NCBI GenBank assembly: GCA_036848695.1
Contig: DAIUJM010000001.1
Location: forward strand, 1,354-53,670
DNA from: Candidatus Saccharimonadota bacterium
GTDB taxonomy: Bacteria; Patescibacteriota; Saccharimonadia; Saccharimonadales; UBA7683
Length of the DNA stretch: 52,317 nucleotides
Reading direction: 5' to 3'
In this document: positions 43,105 to 51,803 of the stretch, piece by piece
Numbering within the stretch: position 1 is the first letter of the stretch
Layout: each line of letters starts with the position of its first letter
Notes under the pieces: generated by a model
What the model saw: only the letters and a program-made list of their open reading frames with translations
What the model was told of the DNA's origin: nothing
Database searches by the model: none
Made by a program: the position numbers and the translations under genes

Positions 43105-43944
43105 ATGAATTACATTTTATTATTAATCGCCAGCGCTAGTTTGCTGGTGAACAGTTATGCACTGTGGCGAATATTGCCAAAAAGTATACGAAGACAAAAA
43201 TCGGTACTTCTAGATACGAGTGCCATAATGGATGGACGTATAGTAGAAGTTGTTAAATCCGGGTTCGTACCTGAGCAGTTGATTATCCCACGATTCGTGA
43301 TTGCTGAAATGCAGCTTCTTGCAGATAAGGCAGATCATTTAAAACGAGAGCGAGCTCGATTTGGCTTACAAGTTGTGCAAGATCTACAAAATAGCCGCTA
43401 TACCGACGTTGTTATTTCTGGCGAAGATATTAAATCTGAAACTGGTGTAGATGAAAAACTTGTTAAGTTAGCCGTAAAACGTGGGGCACTACTATTCACC
43501 ACAGACTATAATTTGCTAAAAGTGGCAGAAATTGAAGGTGTTCGAGTGCTAAATATTAATGAACTCGCTCAAAATTTACGCGCCTCTAACATCCCCGGTG
43601 AACAAGCCGAAATCAAAATTGTCGGAAAAGGCCAAGAAAAAACACAGGGGATAGGCTACTTAGAAGATGGAACTTTGGTTGTTGTTGAAAAGGCCGCTTC
43701 GCATCAGGGCAAGAACCTTAAGGTTGAATTTACACGCAATTTACAAACAACCGCAGGTCGCATGATGTTCGCTAAAATGCTCGAGCATAAACCCAGAACA
43801 AACGAGGCCGCGCTAAGTCCTGTGCGGAAGAATAGAATACCAAATCAGCCTCGCAGTGTGGCATCAAACAGAGCGGGGAATCGAAGGCCGAGAACGGCAG
43901 AAGATAAGTTAATAGCAGCTATCAACGATTCTCCTGAAAAATAG
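43105..43944 (+). CDS. PIN/TRAM-domain protein (YacL-like)
   Basis: N-terminal TM, PIN (VLLDTSAIMDGRI...FTTDYNL) and TRAM (AEIKIVGKGQEKTQGIGYLEDGTLVVV). Conserved clpC-radA-yacL neighbourhood. Confidence 0.8.
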   Translation: MNYILLLIASASLLVNSYALWRILPKSIRRQKSVLLDTSAIMDGRIVEVVKSGFVPEQLIIPRFVIAEMQLLADKADHLKRERARFGLQVVQDLQNSRYTDVVISGEDIKSETGVDEKLVKLAVKRGALLFTTDYNLLKVAEIEGVRVLNINELAQNLRASNIPGEQAEIKIVGKGQEKTQGIGYLEDGTLVVVEKAASHQGKNLKVEFTRNLQTTAGRMMFAKMLEHKPRTNEAALSPVRKNRIPNQPRSVASNRAGNRRPRTAEDKLIAAINDSPEK

Positions 43945-43945
43945 C

Positions 43946-46591
43946 TTAGGAGCCAATTAGTACTGTTTTACCAGAAGAAGTTGCTTGGTAGTACAAACTG
44001 TCAGTAACGCGTATCTGAATGCTGTATGAGCCAACATCGGGGAAAGCATATGACGTGCTGTATAGCCCGCCGGCACCTGGCTGAGCACTAATAACCTGGC
44101 CGTTAACTATAAACTCAACCGTCTGTATAGGGTTTGGGCCACCTACAAAACTGGTGGTAATTGTACGAGTTTTAGAAGGTTCACCGGCTGTTGCAATACT
44201 AAAGTCGCTCGCTGCAACTACACCACATTGGTGAACGTTATCAGGATTTTGAATATCCCAGCCTTCTGGCGGTGTGCCCACGGTTTCTTTATTGGTGACG
44301 GGGTCGATTGAGCTCATGACTTGAATAGTTTCTCTGGCGCCTTCTGGTGTACATTCGGTAGCAACACGTCTTGAAACCTTATCCATTACAAAGTCTTTGT
44401 TGGTTTCTTTTGGCTTCTTGAACCAAGACTGGAAGAGGTCTTGTCTGCCAGAAACTTTGATATTTTGTATGCCAGCTGGTTTCGTGAACCAATCATTAGA
44501 TTTGTAGCCGTACTGCGGACGAGTCATAATTTCTAAGTGTGCCCGGGACATAAATTCACCAAACATTGGTCCAGTCTGTGTGTGGGTGGTGCTATTCATT
44601 ACCGTACCGTCAGAACGCCCTACCCAGATTCCAACTGCAAGTTTAGGTGTGTAACCCATCATCCAACCATCTTTAGCGCTATCAGTTGTACCTGTTTTTA
44701 CTGCAGCCTTTACACCTTTAGGATTAAATCCAACTGGATTGCCAAAAGTCACCCTTCGCGCGCGGTCATCTGCCAGAATATCGCTGATAAGGTAGCTTAT
44801 TTCAGGTCCTTTGTCTCCAAGTGTTTTGACACCAGGTGAATCCTTCCATTGCTGAACAATTTCACCATTAGATTTTTCAATCTTTAATATGTATGTTTGT
44901 GGTTTTGCAGTACCACCACGGGCTAACGTTGCATAGGCGGCTGTATGTTGGTCTAGTCTGACGCTACCGCTACCGATAGAAAGTCCTAGCGCTTCGCATG
45001 ATTCCCCGCAACCAATGTTTGTTTCACCCATGCTTTTAGCAAGATCGATTACTGAGTTCATGCCGCTAGCTTCGGCTGCTTTAATAGCAGGTATGTTACG
45101 TGATTCAGCCAGTGCTTGGCGAATTGAAATACTGCCTCTGAATCGTTTGTCGAAGTTATTCGGACACCAACCTCCCCAACACTTTTTCTCGTCTGAAAGA
45201 GTGCTTCCAGGACCGTATTGATTGCCTTCAAAGAGTTTGCTGTAGACAATCGGTTTAAGACTTGAACCTGGTTGCAGATTGGCCGTAGCTGCGTTGTATG
45301 AACCGTAGCCTGGGTGGTTATAGTCTCGCGAGCCAACCAAGCTCAACACTTGGTTAGTTGTGACATCAATAGCAACTAATGCGGCATTATCACCACGTTG
45401 TCTTTCAACAGCATTCATATTCTTTTTTACAGTTTCTTCGGCAAGTTGTTGCATGTCCCAATCCAGTGTTGTGACTATTCGCCAGCCACCTTTACGAACA
45501 TTGTCAGCTCCGTATTGTCCTTCTAGCTGTTTTCCGATTTCATCTACAAAGTGAGGAGCTCTCTTAGTGGTCGGATCGTTAGTGAGCGGTTTGATTACCG
45601 TTAATATATCAACCGCTTTAGCAGTTTTGGCTTCCTCGCTTTTAATGTAGCCCTGGTCTCGCATGTAATCAATTACCGTTTTCTGTCGCGCTACTGTTCT
45701 TTCAGTATCGAAACTAGGGCTGTTGCGATCGTAAAGGCTAGGGTATTGAGGAATAGAAGCAATATAGGCCGCCTCTTCTATGCTTAGATCTTTAGCCGAT
45801 TTATCGAAGTAGCGCTTAGAAGCGGATTCAACACCATAAGCTGTACCTCCGTAACCAATTGAGTTAAGGTAGAAATTCAAGATTTCATCTTTAGAATAGG
45901 TTCGTTCAAGCTCTATTGAAAGAATAATCTCTTTTAGTTTACGAGTGTATCCGGCAATACCTGAACGGGTGTTATCTTCCAAAATTACGTTACGCGCTAG
46001 TTGCTGGGTAATAGTGGAAGCACCTTGTTTACCACCACCGCTTGCGTTGTTTACTACTGATCTTATGATTCCACGAATATCAAATCCGCCATGTTTGTAG
46101 AAGTCTTTGTCTTCTATTGCAACAGTTGCATACTTCATGTTGTTACTAATTTGATCTGGCTTAACAAAGGTCAACTGCTGGTCTTTATATAGTTCATATA
46201 GAAGCACTTGACCAGTTCTGTCGTAAAATTTAGTAGTCCTACTCTGAACTCGCTTAGTAAGTTCATCTGGTCCAAGCGCAAGGTCTTTTCTGAAAACAGC
46301 GAAAATGGTTAAAATCAAAATAATACCTACTGCTAAGCCAAGCCCGGCAAGTTTCAGCATCATAATAAAACCTTGCTTGCTGAACCAGTACTTGAAGAAG
46401 CGACGAGGATGCAAACGGTAAGCTATCCGTTTGACACGTGATTTCGGAAGGGTAGCTAAAAATTCTGCCTTTTTGCGTGATTTTGCATCAGCCTTGGTGC
46501 GCTTTTGGTTAGTAAGATTACTGTATACGGAATGAGCGCCTTTTCGATGCGCAGGTTTTCTAATAGAACCCTTGTTTGAATCTTTCTTCAT
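43946..46591 (-). CDS. Bifunctional class A penicillin-binding protein (PBP1A-type) with C-terminal extension
   Basis: GT51 motif EDKDFYKHGG. Transpeptidase motifs SSLKP (SxxK), SRN and KTGTT. ATG 46591 has a GAAGGG SD. The track start TTG 46600 is possible. Confidence 0.9.
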   Translation of the reverse strand: MKKDSNKGSIRKPAHRKGAHSVYSNLTNQKRTKADAKSRKKAEFLATLPKSRVKRIAYRLHPRRFFKYWFSKQGFIMMLKLAGLGLAVGIILILTIFAVFRKDLALGPDELTKRVQSRTTKFYDRTGQVLLYELYKDQQLTFVKPDQISNNMKYATVAIEDKDFYKHGGFDIRGIIRSVVNNASGGGKQGASTITQQLARNVILEDNTRSGIAGYTRKLKEIILSIELERTYSKDEILNFYLNSIGYGGTAYGVESASKRYFDKSAKDLSIEEAAYIASIPQYPSLYDRNSPSFDTERTVARQKTVIDYMRDQGYIKSEEAKTAKAVDILTVIKPLTNDPTTKRAPHFVDEIGKQLEGQYGADNVRKGGWRIVTTLDWDMQQLAEETVKKNMNAVERQRGDNAALVAIDVTTNQVLSLVGSRDYNHPGYGSYNAATANLQPGSSLKPIVYSKLFEGNQYGPGSTLSDEKKCWGGWCPNNFDKRFRGSISIRQALAESRNIPAIKAAEASGMNSVIDLAKSMGETNIGCGESCEALGLSIGSGSVRLDQHTAAYATLARGGTAKPQTYILKIEKSNGEIVQQWKDSPGVKTLGDKGPEISYLISDILADDRARRVTFGNPVGFNPKGVKAAVKTGTTDSAKDGWMMGYTPKLAVGIWVGRSDGTVMNSTTHTQTGPMFGEFMSRAHLEIMTRPQYGYKSNDWFTKPAGIQNIKVSGRQDLFQSWFKKPKETNKDFVMDKVSRRVATECTPEGARETIQVMSSIDPVTNKETVGTPPEGWDIQNPDNVHQCGVVAASDFSIATAGEPSKTRTITTSFVGGPNPIQTVEFIVNGQVISAQPGAGGLYSTSYAFPDVGSYSIQIRVTDSLYYQATSSGKTVLIGS

Positions 46592-46677
46592 ACCCTTCAA
46601 TTGTACCTCATGCTTATGCTACCTAGTATAGCAGGGATTGAGCTTTGAGTCATGAGGTATGAGTTAGCAAAAGTTAC

Positions 46678-46686
46678 TGCTATAAT
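46678..46686 (+). promoter_or_regulatory. Extended -10 (TGCTATAAT), 9 nt upstream of the tyrS ATG
   Basis: Perfect TGnTATAAT, read directly. No SD. Confidence 0.45.
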
Positions 46687-46695
46687 TTATGCATT

Positions 46696-47913
46696 ATGAC
46701 AAAAATGACACTTTCAGAAGAACTAACCTGGCGCGGGTTTGTAAACCAGACCACATTTAAAAATATCACTGATCTAGATAACGAAAAGAGAACATTCTAC
46801 TGGGGATGCGACCCTAGCTCTGATTCTTTGCAGATTGGCAACTTAGCTGGTGCTATGATGGCTCGCGTATTTATTCAGCACGGCTACACGCCGGTTATGT
46901 TAGTAGGGGGTGCAACCGGAATGATAGGTGACCCTAAAGATAACGAAGAACGACAGCTAAAATCAATCGAGGATATCAATAAATACAAAAAAGCAATTGC
47001 CGAACAGTATAAAACAATCTTCGATGGAATAGATTTCGAACTCGTTGACAACTACGATTGGTTCAAAGATATGGGTTATCTTGAATTTTTGCGTGATATT
47101 GGTAAACAATTTTCAATGACTCAGCTATTGGATCGAGAGTTTGTACAAAGTCGTATTGGCGAGAATTCAATTGGTATAAGTTACGCAGAGTTTAGCTACT
47201 CATTGATCCAGGGATACGATTTCCTACATCTTTATAGAGAAAAAGGTGTGACCTTACAGCTGGGCGGCTCAGACCAGTGGGGCAATATGATCTCTGGTAT
47301 TCCACTTATTCGTAAACTTGAGGGTGGTGAAGCACACGTGTGGACACTTCCTCTGGTAATTAATAAGTCTACTGGCAGGAAATTTGGCAAATCGGAAGAT
47401 GGCACTATTTGGCTTAGTGATAGCCGCACAAGTCCATATAAGTTTTATCAGTTCTGGTTGAATGCAGATGACGAAGGCGTTGCCGAATATCTTAAAATTT
47501 ACACGTTGATTCAGCCTGAAGAATTCGATTCCTTGATGGCAGAATTCAAACAAAATCCAAACGAGCGCGTCGCTCAGAAGTATCTTGCCTACGAAGTAAC
47601 AAAATTGGTACACGGTGAAGAAAAAGCGCAAAGCGCGCAAAACGTCACATATGCACTGTTCGGTGATACTGCAATAGAAGAACTGCTAGGTGATGATCTG
47701 CAGATGCTTGCAGCAGAAATACCAACTACCAATGCAGAAACAGTTATAAATGCTCTCGTTGGTACAGATGTTGCTGAAAGCAACGGTGAAGCACGCCGTT
47801 TAATTGAAGGTAACGCAATTTCACTTAACACTCAAAAGATCACCGAAGATCAACCGCTCAAAAAACCAAGCCTCATCAAAAAAGGCAAAAACACTTTCAT
47901 TCTTGCAGTGTAG
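46696..47913 (+). CDS. tyrS: Tyrosyl-tRNA synthetase (non-canonical HIGH motif)
   Basis: GCDPSSDSLQIGNL, LVGGATGMIGDP, KFGKS (KMSKS equivalent) and a C-terminal S4 domain. Confidence 0.9.
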   Translation: MTKMTLSEELTWRGFVNQTTFKNITDLDNEKRTFYWGCDPSSDSLQIGNLAGAMMARVFIQHGYTPVMLVGGATGMIGDPKDNEERQLKSIEDINKYKKAIAEQYKTIFDGIDFELVDNYDWFKDMGYLEFLRDIGKQFSMTQLLDREFVQSRIGENSIGISYAEFSYSLIQGYDFLHLYREKGVTLQLGGSDQWGNMISGIPLIRKLEGGEAHVWTLPLVINKSTGRKFGKSEDGTIWLSDSRTSPYKFYQFWLNADDEGVAEYLKIYTLIQPEEFDSLMAEFKQNPNERVAQKYLAYEVTKLVHGEEKAQSAQNVTYALFGDTAIEELLGDDLQMLAAEIPTTNAETVINALVGTDVAESNGEARRLIEGNAISLNTQKITEDQPLKKPSLIKKGKNTFILAV

Positions 47914-47918
47914 AATTA

Positions 47919-48509
47919 CTATTTCGCCTGATCTTTGACTATTCGTAATTCTTTTCTACGTGCATCAATAGCTGGTGTACTAGTGGTTTTTCCCAAGGGG
48001 ATACTTGCGTCGTTGCCATACAAAGTTCGATTGTACAGTCGATGTGCTCTAATTCCGTCCCTCAAACTACCCGCAAAAAATCCTGTCGATGGAAGAACAG
48101 CAAAAGTTTGGATAGGGTATTGGGTGAACACTTTACGAATTCGATTTGATGGAACAATTCGATCCCTATCAGATTCAATAAATTTCATGGTACTGAGCAT
48201 TGCAAAAGTACTATCTAGTTCCAGTTCCCCATAATGCACTTCTGATCCTTTGATATTAACAAGTTCAGGTACGACATCATTTTCATCAAAGCTTTCAGGC
48301 GTTCTTCCATTAACACCCGCCCAACGTAATAAAAATGCTGCTTGCACGGCAACTCTAGTTTGTTTTGGGGTGCCATAAACTGCTAGATCTCTCGCATTTA
48401 CATAATTGGGATGAACCTGTAGGGTGCCACATTCAGCGTACCGGTCCTGCATAGTACCAGATAAAACTTCTAGGACTAGAGTTGTCGGCAATTCATTTTT
48501 TTGTGACAT
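47919..48509 (-). CDS. Hypothetical protein, 196 aa
   Basis: Clean ORF. A TATAAT lies 9 nt upstream of the ATG. No recognisable domain. Confidence 0.5.
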   Translation of the reverse strand: MSQKNELPTTLVLEVLSGTMQDRYAECGTLQVHPNYVNARDLAVYGTPKQTRVAVQAAFLLRWAGVNGRTPESFDENDVVPELVNIKGSEVHYGELELDSTFAMLSTMKFIESDRDRIVPSNRIRKVFTQYPIQTFAVLPSTGFFAGSLRDGIRAHRLYNRTLYGNDASIPLGKTTSTPAIDARRKELRIVKDQAK

Positions 48510-48518
48510 AGTAAGTCT

Positions 48519-48524
48519 ATTATA
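48519..48524 (-). promoter_or_regulatory. -10 box (TATAAT), 9 nt upstream of ATG 48509
   Basis: Read on the minus strand. Confidence 0.35.
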
Positions 48525-48555
48525 GTGAATCTAGCCATAATGAACAAAGAGTTGT

Positions 48556-48846
48556 TTAACGGCCGTTTTGTTCGATGTGGCGTTTCTTGTCTTGGAAATT
48601 AATGAGATCGGTGATTTCTTGAGCAAGTTCGTAATCTTTTTGCGTAAGACCATCAGAATCATGAGTGGTTGTTGAAACGAACACCTCGTTATAGTTTCGG
48701 ATGCCAAGGTCTGGGTGGTGTTGAACCCTTTCGGCAATATCTCCTATAGAATTGAGAAGTGCCAAAGCATGCTTAAAATCTTTGCATTTCACGGCAAAAA
48801 ATAAAGCATCTTTCTTTTTGCTCCAACCCTCAGGAATATTATTCAT
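48556..48846 (-). CDS. Pterin-4-alpha-carbinolamine dehydratase (PCD/DCoH) family protein
   Basis: F.DFKHALALLNSIGDIAERVQHHPDL...VFVSTTTHD is the PCD pattern. ATG 48846 is preferred over the upstream 48879. Confidence 0.75.
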   Translation of the reverse strand: MNNIPEGWSKKKDALFFAVKCKDFKHALALLNSIGDIAERVQHHPDLGIRNYNEVFVSTTTHDSDGLTQKDYELAQEITDLINFQDKKRHIEQNGR

Positions 48847-48896
48847 AATTATAGATTCTACACTAACAAACAGCCACATAAAATGTAACGATCGAC

Positions 48897-48902
48897 TATA
48901 AT
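48897..48902 (+). promoter_or_regulatory. -10 box (TATAAT), 7 nt upstream of the recG GTG
   Basis: Read directly. No SD. Confidence 0.35.
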
Positions 48903-48909
48903 TGTAATT

Positions 48910-50940
48910 GTGAATTTAGAATCATCAGTTGAGACTATTAAGGGTGTGGGTGGCGAGACGGCTAAGAAATTGGCCAAACTTGGTGTTGAGACTATTTATG
49001 ATCTGTTAACTTTTTGGCCTCGAAGATATGATGATTATTCTGAAGTGCTTCCAATTAAAGATATTCAGCCGGGAGCTGTGACGGTTAAGGCGCAGATTGA
49101 ATCAATAAAAACTCGTCGAGTCAGAAGAGGTATGCATCTGACGGAAGCGGTAATTCGTGATCAAAGTTCGGCAATTCGTGTTATCTGGTTTAATCAGCCG
49201 TACCGTGAAAAGTATTTTAAGCTGGGCAATGACTATTATTTTTCCGGTCTGTATGATTTCAGTTTCAATAGGTACATACTGCAAAATCCTACCGTTGAAG
49301 AGGCGAAAGACTTTACTCAGAACACTGCTCGTATAGTTCCAATTTACCCGCAAACAAAGGGGCTCGATTCCCGTGTGATTCGAAAAGCTCTTAGTGAAAT
49401 TACCAGTATGTTCCAAGAACTTCCAGAGACTTTGCCTAGTTGGGTGGGTGAGCAGTATCAGTTTATGAGTTACGCAGAAGCTGCTTATCAATTACATTGG
49501 CCAGAAAATCAAGAAAAGCTGGCAGCTGCAAAAGAGCGTATTGGATTCGAAGAAGTTTTTGCCTATATTTTGGCCGGACAAATTAGTCGAGCTCAGCATG
49601 ACGCCGAAATTGCCTTGCGCGTTGAATTCAGTGAAGAAATTGCCAAGCAATTTACTAAAGCTTTACCGTTTGAACTGACTCCGGCACAAAAGAAGTCAGC
49701 GTGGGAAATTCTACAAGATGTTAATAAAGAGGTACCCATGAACCGTTTGCTGGAAGGTGATGTTGGTTCGGGTAAAACCGCTGTTGCCGCCTTCGCGGCC
49801 TATATGGCGGCCAAGCAGGGCATTCAAACGGCCTTTATGGCACCAACTGAGCTATTGGCTCGCCAGCATGCTCAAACACTCGCTAATCTTTTAGAACCAC
49901 TAGGTGTCAGGATTGCACTTTTGACTTCAGCTGTAAAAGGCAAGGCCAAGACTACACTCAAAGAGCAGCTATCGGACGGTGTGGTTGATATTGTAATTGG
50001 TACTCACGCCTTGCTGCAAGAATCGGTAACATTCCACAGGCTTGGCTTTATTGTTGTAGACGAACAGCATCGTTTTGGCGTTAAACAACGACAGAAATTA
50101 GTAGATAAAGCTAAAAAGATACCGCATATCTTGAGTATGACTGCCACACCTATACCAAGATCACTTGCTCTTACGGTGTACGGCGAACTTGAAATTTCAA
50201 TTATCGATCAGAAACCAAGTAATAGACTGCCGATTGAAACTACTATTTGGTCACCAAACTCGCGTCCGCAACTTTACGATATTCTTGACGAAGAAATTAA
50301 AGCCGGACGCCAAATTTTTGTGGTCTGCCCGCTCATAGATGATTCAGAAGGCTCCGAACAAAAGAGTGTTACCGCGGAAGTTAAACGCCTCAAGCAAGGG
50401 GCATTTAAACACCGTCGAATCGGTACTTTGCACGGTAAAATGAAAGACGAAGAAAAGGCAGAAGTTATGCAAGAGTTTGCCGATGGTAAGCTCGATGTAC
50501 TGGTCAGTACCACGGTTATAGAAGTTGGAATCGATATACCTAACGCATCTGTAATGTTAATTGAAGGTGCGGATCAGTTTGGCTTAGCTCAACTTCATCA
50601 GTTACGCGGCAGGGTTGGTCGTGGTGAACATCAGGGTTATTGTTATCTGATACCATCAACCTCAGCTAAGCCTTCAAAACGACTACGTGCAATGGAAACA
50701 ACCACGAATGGTTTCAAATTGGCAGAAATGGATCTTGAAATCCGTGGTCCGGGAGCAATCTACGGAAACCGTCAGCATGGTAAGTTAGACCTTCGTATAG
50801 CTAACATTACAGACCTGACTCTTATTAAAAAAGCCAAACAATCAGCAAGGACATTTTTAGATTCTAAGGAAGATCTCGAGGCATACCCAGTGCTCGCCAA
50901 AAGAGTTCAAAATAGTCTCAGCCTTACATATTTGAACTAG
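48910..50940 (+). CDS. recG: ATP-dependent DNA helicase RecG
   Basis: Wedge/OB N-terminus, GDVGSGKT, DEQHRFGV, MTATPIPRS and QLRGRVGRG. Confidence 0.95.
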   Translation: MNLESSVETIKGVGGETAKKLAKLGVETIYDLLTFWPRRYDDYSEVLPIKDIQPGAVTVKAQIESIKTRRVRRGMHLTEAVIRDQSSAIRVIWFNQPYREKYFKLGNDYYFSGLYDFSFNRYILQNPTVEEAKDFTQNTARIVPIYPQTKGLDSRVIRKALSEITSMFQELPETLPSWVGEQYQFMSYAEAAYQLHWPENQEKLAAAKERIGFEEVFAYILAGQISRAQHDAEIALRVEFSEEIAKQFTKALPFELTPAQKKSAWEILQDVNKEVPMNRLLEGDVGSGKTAVAAFAAYMAAKQGIQTAFMAPTELLARQHAQTLANLLEPLGVRIALLTSAVKGKAKTTLKEQLSDGVVDIVIGTHALLQESVTFHRLGFIVVDEQHRFGVKQRQKLVDKAKKIPHILSMTATPIPRSLALTVYGELEISIIDQKPSNRLPIETTIWSPNSRPQLYDILDEEIKAGRQIFVVCPLIDDSEGSEQKSVTAEVKRLKQGAFKHRRIGTLHGKMKDEEKAEVMQEFADGKLDVLVSTTVIEVGIDIPNASVMLIEGADQFGLAQLHQLRGRVGRGEHQGYCYLIPSTSAKPSKRLRAMETTTNGFKLAEMDLEIRGPGAIYGNRQHGKLDLRIANITDLTLIKKAKQSARTFLDSKEDLEAYPVLAKRVQNSLSLTYLN

Positions 50941-50996
50941 TGCAATTTGGTAGCTACTACCCACTATTCAAGAATCACTATATACTAATCTCTAAT

Positions 50997-51803
50997 ATGT
51001 ATTCAGGAACGACCCTGCACGGAAAATCTGGAAATCTCATTGGCGCTCATCAGAAGTTTGATAGAGTTGCCAGGCGGTGCATAGCTCAATTACGCCCTGA
51101 TAGTTCTTTTCCAGCCAGCAAGCTAATACTTCACTTTGAAGGCAATAATGGCCCTGATGGCATAAAGCGTAAGAGTCCAGGAGTTGATGAGCCCTGGCAC
51201 TACTGGGATCCAACTGATGACGAAGATCATAAGCTACTTGGTATTATCCGGCTACATTTAGATGGTTTGACCGAACAGCTTCGAGTAGGGAACGAAGAAA
51301 AAGCTGCATTTGAGGCCGCGTGGTTAGCTCATGCTATTGTTGATGGCCTGACGCCACCGCATCACTACCCATACGAAGAAAAGCTACTTGAACTGCGTGG
51401 TGAGGGTTTGGAAACAAGAAATTCCATTAGAAATAAAATTGTTATTCAAGGTGACACAAAACGGCAAACGCTAAGTAAGAACTGGAAGATGTGGGGTGCC
51501 AAAGGACTTATGATGTCACATGCTAGTTTTGAATGGGGAGTTTCGACAGTGGTTGTGCCAATGCGTTTAACACGCAAGGCATGCCCTCTTAATGCCGATA
51601 TTCGTCATGCCCGAAATGTTGGCTTTGAAAAATACATTCGCGAACATGCGTTAGCGATTTATGAACTCAATATGTACGAACGATTCTTAAGATACGGTTG
51701 GACTGCAAAACTCGGTCGAGAAATTCGAATTGAGCTTGGCCCGCGTATTGCTAATTGCATTACCGTAGCCTGGGCGCTAGCGGTTGACGAGGCGAACTCG
51801 TGA
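50997..51803 (+). CDS. Hypothetical protein, possibly zinc phospholipase C / S1-P1 nuclease-like fold
   Basis: WLAHAIVDGLTPPHH resembles the HxxxDxxxPxH metal site. A TATACT lies 10 nt upstream of ATG 50997. Weak call. Confidence 0.4.
   Translation: MYSGTTLHGKSGNLIGAHQKFDRVARRCIAQLRPDSSFPASKLILHFEGNNGPDGIKRKSPGVDEPWHYWDPTDDEDHKLLGIIRLHLDGLTEQLRVGNEEKAAFEAAWLAHAIVDGLTPPHHYPYEEKLLELRGEGLETRNSIRNKIVIQGDTKRQTLSKNWKMWGAKGLMMSHASFEWGVSTVVVPMRLTRKACPLNADIRHARNVGFEKYIREHALAIYELNMYERFLRYGWTAKLGREIRIELGPRIANCITVAWALAVDEANS

Noticed and set aside
46601-46695. A T-box riboswitch upstream of tyrS, suggested by the 9-bp inverted repeat tacctcatg/catgaggta.
   Set aside because: The intergenic region is only 95 nt and is shared with the divergent PBP promoter. 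A perfect TGnTATAAT sits 9 nt from the ATG. There is no room for a T-box leader and no specifier or T-box sequence was seen.
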